The notes below the pieces were generated by a model. That model saw nothing but the letters and a program-made list of their open reading frames with translations, had not been told where the DNA came from and ran no database searches. The position numbers and the translations under genes are program-made. DNA of 64,000 bases from Eledone cirrhosa (taxonomy: Eukaryota): positions 156,798,001 through 156,862,000 of the forward strand of contig OZ024743.1 of assembly GCA_964016885.1 (NCBI GenBank), in the 5' to 3' direction. Shown here one piece after another: positions 54,127-64,000 of this stretch (its first letter is position 1; each line of letters starts with the position of its first letter).

Positions 54127-54681
54127 ATTTATAGTTATTAAAGGGTTGCAATAAATGCGTCCGTAGGCGGTATGTTGTTTGTGCCCTCGAAGCTCACGCG
54201 GAGCATTGTACATTGTTATAGAAAACAAGGAATCAGTGATGCATCAAAATATTTTATTAACATATTACATATGTTTATCGTTTTCAAGGCATTTCTTCCA
54301 ACTGACAATATTTGGTCCGTTTCATCCTCATCAATTGACATCACCCTGTTTATGCGGCCTATTCACTGGTTTAGTATTTGAGGCGTCACCTCATTCCTTG
54401 ACCAGTCAGATACCTCCACAGCCTACCTTTATTCACGGGTGACCTGTCCATTACCCGAACTTGGTCAGCAAACAACTACTATGTAGCTGCAGACGTGTAA
54501 AAGTATCTGCCACAGCAGAAGTCTACTCATACAAAGACACAAACACACGCACATATGTATGCGTACATACATACACACACACCCATCTTGCACGTATATG
54601 TATAAACATATACACACATGCATACATATACACACATGCATACATATGTATACATATATATGTATATATATGTCATAGTAA

Positions 54682-54800
54682 AGGCGTGTGGCTGAGTGGT
54701 TAGAGAATTGGATTCGCAATCGTAAGGTTGTGAGTTCGCTTCCTGGACCAGGCGATGCGTTATGTCCTTGAGCAAGACACTTTATTTCACGTTGCTCCTT
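54682..54800 (+). mobile_element. tRNA-derived SINE with CORE/V-like domain
   Basis: GGCGTGTGGCTGAGTGGTTAGA (A box)..GAGTTCGCTTCC (B box)..TGTCCTTGAGCAAGACACTTTAT. Confidence 0.75.
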
Positions 54801-54895
54801 CTACCTGGAGTTGCGACCGATAGATAGTATTAGCAATTGGAAAGACCAACGGAAACATTGTTTCCTCGGTCCGATTTGACGAAAGTCGATCGTTC

Positions 54896-54926
<31 letters not shown>

Positions 54927-55081
54927 CGTATACACACACATATACGTACATACAGACACAAATACACACATACAGATTCACACACTTGCATAAATCCATA
55001 TATACACACAGATGAACGCACACACAGGCGCCCACAGATACATACTCCCGCGCGCACACGCGTCTACACCATTCTATATAT

Positions 55082-55139
<58 letters not shown>

Positions 55140-55539
55140 GCAAACACGTATATATATACATATGTCTGTAAACACACACACACATAGATATACGTATATA
55201 TACATATATATACATCGAGTAGTGTGAGATAAGGTATTATCGTTAAATAAACCATATAAAAAATACACATGAAAAACTCACAAAAAAATACACACAATAG
55301 AATAAATTACAATAAGGTAAAGTTTAGCACATTAAAGAAAAGTAACATAATATTGAGTACATCAACGAAAATTAAGATGCTGTATCTGCGATGATGTGAT
55401 GATAGTTTTTAAATAAAATACAATACAATATATGTAACGTTGGGTGTGCTAACACATTCTAAGTAAAATTCAGTAGAATCAATTGTACGATGAAACATTC
55501 CACATACTTGTGTTGGTCCACGTCTTCATGTCTGTACCT

Positions 55540-55912
55540 CCACAGGGCTCAAGTTAGACCTATCCGGGATTTCCAATGCAGAGAATGTGCATTTTTGTTG
55601 ATGTCTGCATGATGACCTCGGATTTCAGGTTGGCTGCGTCACCCTTTAATCTCACTATTTCTATGGCTTCGGTCACGCACAGCCTGTATCGCCCCTCGCC
55701 AGCTGAGTCTCCATTTGCACGTTGAATGATACTCCAGTTGAGATCGTACGCAATGCCACTATCTTTCAAGTCCCAGATCAAGTCTACCAGCCTTCTGAAC
55801 TGCCCCTTACTCCAGTCCTTAAAAGAATTCATGTGATTTGACATCCTCGACTTAAAAGTCGTGTGTGTTGCACCGATGTAGGTGAGCTTAGCTTTTTGCG
55901 TGTCAAACACAT
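55540..55912 (-). mobile_element. PLE GIY-YIG fragment
   Basis: [54 protein letters not shown]. Confidence 0.85.
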
Positions 55913-55952
55913 TTATATATAAATAAATAAATAAATAAATAAATATATATAT

Positions 55953-56068
<116 letters not shown>

Positions 56069-56073
56069 GTATA

Positions 56074-56132
<59 letters not shown>

Positions 56133-56624
56133 ATATATATATATATATTTATTTATTTATTTATTTATTTATTTACTAGATCCTAATTAGTTCTTTTCCT
56201 GTGGCATTTGGAATTTTTACACCTCATAGATTCAGTAATATTCAAAACGATCCCATTTTCTTAATTCCTTTCTTCGTTTCCCACTCAAGCCTACTTCTAA
56301 TCTCAGCCCTATCTTTCTCTTTATACCTTCTCTATCATCATATATGGTAAACTTCAAAACCTTCACCTATACAAATGATTAAAGAATAATTGTTCCACAT
56401 CACAGCACACAGATCTATGTTTATTTATGTGTTTATTTACTTGTTCTATCTGAAAACATGAGTGGAATAGCAATATGACAATATATTTTAAGGACAAAAT
56501 GAAAACATACAGACTCACACAGATAGAACGAGTAAATAAACCCATATATAAATAAATAAATAAGGACACACACACACACACCCGAATGTGACGCATGCGC
56601 AAACTAAGCTCACGCACACACACG

Positions 56625-57429
56625 ACACACAAACACAAGATGGTGTAGGACAGAAATACGGAGAGACTTACAAAATAAAAACCGAGTCACTGAGAAAGAC
56701 ACAGAATATGTATCGAAAGAGCTTTGACAATATATAAACAACTTTCCGGTTATCGAGCCAACCACCCAACCGGAAACTTATAGTAAATTGAAGTGAAAAT
56801 CAACAGGTGCCTGGGTCTTTATTGGCAACATGATCCTCTAAAAGTATAATTATATGTTTCAAACACACGTTTTCAGGTAAGAAATATCGCAAAGCTAATT
56901 CAAAAACGAATTCTATATGTGTATATATATATATCGCTTCTGTATTTGTTTAGCAAGATTATTTACCTGAAAACGTGTGTTGAAACTGATATTGTTATAT
57001 TTGGGAGGGTAATGTTGCCAATAAGAAACACACGCACCAGTTGCTTTCACTCCAATTTATCATAAATTAAATTATAAATTTAAAAAATGTATAAATTTCC
57101 GGTTGGTTGGTTGGTCGGTACCACAATCGGACGGTTGTTCATATATTGTCAAAGTTCTTTCGTCACACATTATGTGACCTCTTCAGTGAATACACACAAA
57201 AACAAGATGGCGTAGGACAGAACATAGGAGGGGCACAAAAGGTAGAAAAGAATCCACAGTCACTGAAGAGGTCACAGAATGTGTGACGAAAGAACTTTGA
57301 CATTATATAAACAACCGTCCGCTTGTGTAACCAACCAACCAACCCGAAATTTATAAATTAAATTTATAAATGAAAGCAACTGGTGGGTGTGTTTCTTATT
57401 AGCAACATGACCCTCCCAAAGTATAACAA

Positions 57430-57430
<1 letters not shown>
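56625..57430. mobile_element. ORF-less HHR repeat cluster: diverged plus unit (56625-56890), minus unit (56960-57190), plus unit (57195-57430)
   Basis: HHRs at 57259-57301 (+: GTCA CTGAAGA G GTCAC..GTGAC GAAA GAAC TT TGAC), 57148-57190 (-) and a decayed one near 56686-56728. Confidence 0.8.
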
Positions 57431-57502
<72 letters not shown>

Positions 57503-57644
57503 CGACGGAGGTGTGGTAAGGAACCAGATGGACCATAACGCACCAGAGTACTCGAATAGTAAAATGTTTGACCTCGACGGCAGAGCTCATACATATACAC
57601 ACAAATATATATATATACACACACATACATATACACATAGATAA

Positions 57645-57734
<90 letters not shown>

Positions 57735-58149
57735 GTTCACTTATATACAAATACACATTCAAGCAAATACACCCATAACGAGAGTGTTGTTGGAGACCAG
57801 TAAGCAGTGAGAATGGAAAGTTAAATAGCGAATAGGTTAATGAACTTGAAGCGAAGTGGTAGATAAGAAGTCAGTGAAGGAAAGAAGATGGGGTGGGATT
57901 TCGCTGGTCAAAGCGTCTAGAAGAGATAAGCTAAAGAGCTATGACGGTAATAAATGTTTTCTTACCAGGCTATCCCTTAAGGAAAGGATAGATCGGGGTA
58001 TCCATTAATATGTACATTGGCACCATAAGATCCTGGCAGTCGGAGGTCGGGTGGGAGCATTGGGTAAAGTGGAAAGTGAAACGAAGGATTGAACCTAACG
58101 CTAGTCAAAGAGGAAATTATTGTTTTCGTTACGTAGGGGCTTTGAGGAA

Positions 58150-58990
58150 ACATGTTATAGGTGTTAATGGTAATCAGTGTGGTACCTGGCGAAAGTACAT
58201 AAATCCCTGTGTTCACAATACAAAATCCTGTCCTGGCGAGAGTTTAACAGATCCAAACCATACATGATCTCCATTACCTCCCTCTTACAAAGGTCACAAG
58301 ACTGACTTTTATTTTGGTATGGGTGTGCGAACCTTAATACGGCCCGGGAGAGAGTATAATCCGTATTGTTCTGTTTCAAGTCCCAGATCTGTTTGACTTA
58401 CTCAGCCTAGGATTCTAGAATGAATGTAAATGAACATGCCAGCTCTTCTTAAAAAAAGTTAGAATTTTCACCCACATATTTATACGTCCCCAAATTAGTT
58501 TCAACCACACACTGGTAAACCATGTTCCTATGCATGCACGTCCAATTTAAGGGACAGTTGTTAGATTGTCTGCAGTTACACCGCGTCTGTGGATATTATA
58601 TAGGGTAATTGTTTCTACCTGCATTAGGGGTGATGTGCCAAGTGTGAGGAAGTTGCGTTTGGTTCGCACGCACGTTATATGGACCATCCAAGAGGGTGGA
58701 TTTATCCTTTATCCTTGTTCAATGGGACGGGTTGGGAAACTGCTCTGGCCAGGTTGCATACCACTGTCAAAATCCAGGATGTGTTTATTGTTTATCCGTG
58801 CTATGAACCTGCTAAGGTTGGCTGTGATAGAGTAGGACAGGCGGAGCGTTTTTCTATTCAGGGATTTATGATATCTGTGTGCTGGAGGAAAGCTTTCGCC
58901 TAGTATTCGAAAGCCCTACGTTGCTACTTTAGTGATAAGTTGTTCGTTGTTTGGAGGATTAAACAACATATAGGATTTAGAGTAAGAGTG
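58150..58990 (-). mobile_element. Decayed Hydra-type PLE 3' coding fragment
   Basis: CNCR..NNCPLNWTCMHRNMVYQC..YKYVG; IWDLKQNNTDYTL..CDLCKREVMEI..LLNSRQDRILYCEH. Confidence 0.8.
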
Positions 58991-59063
58991 CTTTGTTTTT
59001 ATACTGTCCAGCAATTCAGTTTTATGAATTATCAGTTAAGCAGGGTTTCCCACAGTTGGTCTG

Positions 59064-59177
<114 letters not shown>

Positions 59178-59199
59178 CATGTGTGTGTGTTTGTGTGTC

Positions 59200-59235
<36 letters not shown>

Positions 59236-59386
59236 TGAAAAATGTCGTGGTGCTTTGTTGCGAATATGAACATATGAATGAAAATAGACTGAGAAACAGG
59301 AATTCCCATCACCAGTAGCCTGCTTATTATCATTGGTATTTCTTCGCATTAAAGACTAGATACCTAAAAAATATATATATGTATAA

Positions 59387-59444
<58 letters not shown>

Positions 59445-59449
<5 letters not shown>

Positions 59450-59880
59450 TAAACGGAATAGAAAATGCTGACAAATTGTTCACAGTTGAAAAATGGTTTA
59501 ATTAGGAATAAAAGAGTATTAGTGATTGTATGGGTTAGTATTCAGTTGTGGTTTTAAGTTTTTAAGTTTTTACCGGTTGCGCATTTCTAAATGCTTTTCA
59601 AAAATAATTTTGAGATAGAGTGTCCGTGCTGTTTGCTCTGATCTGAGCAAACAGCACGGACACTCTATCTCAAAATTATTTTTGAAAAGCATTTAGAAAT
59701 GCGCAACCGGTAAAAACTTAAAAACTTAAAACCACAACTGAATACTAACCCATACAATCACTAATACTCTTTTATTCCTAATTAAACCATTTTTCAACTG
59801 TGAACAATTTGTCAGCATTTTCTATTCCGTTTACCAATATATAATAACTTGTGTGTTACACCTCTCTATTCTTTTAACTA
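59445..59880. mobile_element. Second copy of the ~395-bp Neptune-pLTR palindrome, in (TA)n
   Basis: Same arms and same centre as 50149-50545; tail 59840-59880 is the reverse complement of 49696-49735 apart from a 2-nt indel. Confidence 0.9.
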
Positions 59881-59900
59881 TATATATATAAATATATATA

Positions 59901-59975
<75 letters not shown>

Positions 59976-60146
59976 ATATTTATATTTATATTTATATTTG
60001 TTAGATATAACTATAAATATGTAGGGTAGTACTAAGTACTTGCTGATTACCGGTATGACAAATGGCTCAATGCAAATGTTCAAGTGTTTTACAGAGCCGA
60101 GATACAAAATGTTAAAAATATCAAATTTTAGTTTACAACAGTTATT

Positions 60147-60192
60147 AGCTGACAATTGTTTCTTCCAGAGGGAAGTCTGGTATCATCTGAGA
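60147..60192 (-). ncRNA. HHR-like motif, U4A (CAGATGA)
   Basis: CT CAGATGA TACCAGA CTTCCC TCTGGAA GAAA CAATTG TC AG; helix I only 2 bp. Confidence 0.45.
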
Positions 60193-60604
60193 AAAAGGTA
60201 TTACGAAAACTTGTAACCAGAATCCTAGTCAAGAACATTTCGGGTACATAGTTGTTATTAGTGTCAAAGGAATCATGTGGAGAGTCAGGAGTTAAACAGA
60301 TGTTCCGCTTGAAATAACACAATTACAGGCAGCACTGGTTGGAAGTGTAATAGGTATAAGTAAAAGTAAAAATCACAAGCGAAAAAATCAAAAGCACAGA
60401 AAAAGACACAAGCAAAAGAAACACAGGGAAAGACGTTATAAGCAAGGACAATTGGTGTACAATGCAAGAGACATACAGTCAATAAGGCATGTATGAACTC
60501 TATCCTCATACATGCCTTGTACGAGCACTGTACGGCGTAATTCGGGCTGTTTGTTTACAAACAAACCGAACATTATAAAAAATGTTCGGTAAACCCATAC
60601 GTAC

Positions 60605-60636
<32 letters not shown>

Positions 60637-60884
60637 ATATATGTATATATATACATACTCACGTACGTCTGTACACAAAGATGTATGTACGTATACATAC
60701 TTATATTTAGGTATCAGCCGTACTAAGAGTGAGAAATGAAATTCCGTTTCATTGTTTTCTATTTATCGTGTTCGGTACGCCCGGCCTACTATTTCACTCG
60801 ATATACAAATTAGGCTGCTCAGCCGTTAATATGCATAAGGAAAGTATATACTTTCAAACGTTCAATCATCTGACAGAAAGGTAT

Positions 60885-60927
60885 ACGATGCTGACGATAG
60901 CTAATGCGCTTGAAACTAGTACATCGT
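60885..60927 (+). ncRNA. Minimal type I HHR (family R)
   Basis: ACGATG CTGACGA T AGC TAATGC GCT T GAAA CTAG TA CATCGT. Confidence 0.82.
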
Positions 60928-61080
60928 TCATGTGTCAGTGTTGAACAAAAGGGCGACGATGGTTGCCGAGCACTGTACGGCGTAATTCGGGCTGTTTGTT
61001 TACAAACAAAGCGAACATTATAATAAATGTTCGGTAAACCCATACGTACATATATATATATATGCGTGCATGTATGTATA

Positions 61081-61645
61081 TATATAGAAATTACATGAAT
61101 CAAAGTTCTGTTCAAACCATTTATTAGCTTACAATTGGTTCGTCCAAACCGAGGTTTGAAGTCTTCGGAGAAATTTTTCAATGATTGTTTACATACATGA
61201 CCTCCTTTCCAACACAAGAGACATACAGAAACATATGTATATATTGATGCACAGTAGGTTGACATCCATTATAATATTTTAGCATGGCAATTTAAATTCA
61301 AAAATTAAAATCATATTAAAAGAAAATTAAAACAAAATTAAAGTTAAAATACATCTGCAGTTTACGAAGATAATGCAAGAGGATAGTTTGAAGTAGTTAG
61401 TGTATGCAATAGTTACACGTGGGACATGCACGTGTGTCTTATTTATATAAGATTATAATGGATGTCAACCCATTGTGCATCGATATATACATATGTTTCT
61501 GTATGTCTCTTGTGTTAGAAAGGAGGTCATGTTTGTAAACAATCATTGAACAATTGCTCCGAAGACACAAACCTCGGTTTGGACGAGACATTTGTAAGCT
61601 AATAAATGGTTTGAACAGAACTTTGATTCAAGTAATTTCTATATA
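61081..61645. mobile_element. ORF-less fold-back (~195-bp arms) with U4C HHRs (61127-61171 minus, 61556-61599 plus), each with one core substitution
   Basis: Consensus GCT CCGAAGA C TTCAAACC TC GGTTTGGA C GAAA CAATTG TA AGC. Confidence 0.82.
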
Positions 61646-62057
61646 ACTGCTCTGTAGAACAACCGATGTTATTACATTGAGCTATTTATCTTACTGGTAA
61701 TAAGATAATAAATTACTGTCTTTCACTGTTTAGGGTTTAAAGTATATATAACTATAAAAGGTTTTGGTATATACATAACCATAAAAAGTATCCTTAATAC
61801 TATGTATATATATATATATATATATACATACAACTGTACGACTGTACACATATATGTATGTACGTATACATACTTATATTTAGGTATCAGCCGTACAAAG
61901 AGTGAGAAATGAATTTTCGTTTAATTGTTTTCCATTTATCGTTTTCGGTACGCCCGGCCTACTAACTCACTCGACATGCAAATTAGGCTGCTCGGCCGTT
62001 AATATGCATAAGGAAAGTATATACTTTCAAACGTTCAATCATCTGTCAGAAAGGTCT

Positions 62058-62100
62058 ACGATGCTGACGATAGCTAATAAACTTGAAACTAGTATATCGT
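62058..62100 (+). ncRNA. Minimal type I HHR (family R), weakened stem II
   Basis: ACGATG CTGACGA TAGC TAATAA ACTT GAAA CTAG TA TATCGT. Confidence 0.65.
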
Positions 62101-62312
62101 TCCGTGTCAGTGTTGAACAATAGGGCGACGATTGTTGCCGAGCAGTGTACGGCGTAATTCAGGCTGTTTGTTTACAAACAAACCGAACATTATAATAAAG
62201 GTACGGTAAACCCATACGTTCATATATATATGTATGCATGTATATATATATATATACATACTACGGTATCAGCCGTAGAGTGAGAAATAAAGGTTCCTTT
62301 ACATTATTTTCC

Positions 62313-62344
<32 letters not shown>

Positions 62345-62613
62345 AAGATAAATCAAATGAATTTAATCTAAATCAGAATTATGGGTGTCATGCCAGAAAG
62401 ACATGCGCCATATCACCCGCAAAATAGGCTCTAAGATTCTAACGAGTAGGTCCGAGCATTTTATAATAACTAGAAATTGATTAACATATAAATAAACATG
62501 AATAATCACAGGAGATAATTTATACAAAATAAATATATATATATATATATATATATGAATCAGGAAAGAAGAGTGACACGGTTTGCTATACAAAAAAGGT
62601 TTTTAATCTCATT

Positions 62614-62720
62614 GCTGACAATTGTTTTCTCTGAATTGGTAGGTCTAGAGATCGCTATCCGCTTATTTTCGCGTTACTCGATCGCCAATACAAAATTATA
62701 ACCAGTCAGTTCATCGGAGC
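62614..62720 (-). ncRNA. U4C HHR with ~80-nt stem II
   Basis: GCT CCGATGA ACTGACTGGT...ACCAATTCAGA GAAAA CAATTG TC AGC. Confidence 0.5.
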
Positions 62721-63069
62721 TTGCGACAATGAAGAGAATATACAGGCATGAAAAGATTATACAAGCTACTATGTGTAGTAGTAATGGCATTCAGTTAGAA
62801 CAATAACAACAATATCAACAATGCTAGCAATAAATTATTTGAAATAATCACAACATCAATCTAGGTGGGAAGTATAGTATATCTATGATTTTAGCGTGTA
62901 AAACTAGCTGACATGAGGCAGATGTATAAAATTGACATGTAAAGACTGTCGTATATCAAGTGTAAAGAAAGGCTGGTGTTTTTAAACAATGTAGGTCAGG
63001 TGGCCGTAATAGTCGGTTTTTATCTGACCGATGAAGTATTTATCACTGTAGTAGAATTTGTGTGGTCTA

Positions 63070-63480
63070 CCGGATAGGTGCCCATTGGCGAATAGATGTC
63101 TCGATTCGTGCCCAGTGTACATGTGTACGGTCAACTCAGACAACTCCACCTGGCATTACATTGGATCTACCGCGGGTTCTTTTAAAAAAAGATGGTATGT
63201 ACACAGGCACTCGATGAAAAATCTTGCACTTATGGGTTCTACAACCCTCGCCAAAAAATTATGGGAACTGAAGGACAACAACACTAGCTACAGTATCAAC
63301 TGGTCGATGTTGTCGGCTGCTAAAACCTACAGTACAGGTATGTTCCACTGTGGGCTATGTGATCTAGAACTACTGTATATCCTTAAAAATGTAAAATGGC
63401 TATTTAACAACAAGTTAGAAAGATCTATATTCTGCAGACACAAAATTGCCACTAAATTCATAAGATTTAAACCTCCATGA
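63070..63480 (+). mobile_element. Hydra-type PLE GIY-YIG fragment
   Basis: CPLANRCL..VYMC..HYIGSTAGSFKKRWYVH..TTLAKKLWELK..CGLCDLE..NNKLERSIFCRH. Confidence 0.88.
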
Positions 63481-63799
63481 ATCGAACCGACGTAACATGG
63501 CTTTCAACTAGGATACCCACTACTCTGCACGAATCACCACAGAAATATAATCATTAAGTACATTCTACCCTTCTTCGTCCTATACCACACTAATGTCTGT
63601 AAGTATCTCATCAACCCATAAACTTATCTCTTCTCAGCTGCTGTCATCACTTGATGCTAAATCCAAGAACATTTCAAAATACTACTACAACGGAACTTTA
63701 CCTTCCGCTTGCTATAATTATAGTCAGCATGTTTTCTCTTTGTATGTATGTATGTATTTGTATGAGTGTGTGTGTATATGTATGTATATGTTTGTGTGC

Positions 63800-63843
<44 letters not shown>

Positions 63844-64000
63844 CCTACATAACCTCGGTATTAACTTACCCATTATTTAGCTTTGTTAGTGTTGTCTTAT
63901 ACATGTATGTTATTGAGGATGGAAAAGATAGACAAAACTCTCATCTAATATAGACCACACAAATACCACTACAGTGATAAATACTTCATCGGTCAGATAA

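Larger units (their letters stand above)
60522..62313 (+). mobile_element. Second family-R retrozyme-like array (445-nt monomer), interrupted by a fold-back element at about 61081-61800
   Basis: cgagcactgtacggcgtaattc at 60522 and 60967, variant near 62139; HHRs at 60885 and 62058; homologous to 48078-48998. Confidence 0.8.

Noticed and set aside
54682-54755. Possible genuine tRNA gene
   Set aside because: Runs directly into a SINE central domain (TGTCCTTGAGCAAGACACTT) and the acceptor stem is imperfect

Overview
AT-rich, microsatellite-dense animal genomic DNA in which I found no host exon. The abundant tRNA/Nin-domain SINE (…GAGTTCAAATCCCGCC…GACTTTGCCTTTCATCC…GGGGTCGATAAAAT) resembles Octopus SINEs, so an octopus origin is likely (inference). 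The window is a nest of retroelements: an L1/Tx1-type LINE, several decayed RTE LINEs, SINEs, and at least 12 Penelope-like element (PLE) remnants. The PLEs include a near-complete Neptune-like copy with both pLTRs and several CxCx5C 'Hydra-type' copies. Most short ORFs in the track are microsatellite noise. The unannotated layer is RNA structure. By hand I read about 40 type I hammerhead ribozyme (HHR) motifs, intact or decayed. They occur in PLE pLTRs, in ORF-less fold-back elements inserted in (TA)n, and in ORF-less tandem repeats with one HHR per monomer (512, 445 and 733 nt), which are retrozyme-like candidates for circular RNAs mobilised by PLEs. Several HHR families carry non-canonical cores (U3-A8 compensated, U4C, U4A, A13C) or a large branched stem II supported by covariation. 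All folds were read by eye and none is tested for activity; element boundaries are approximate.
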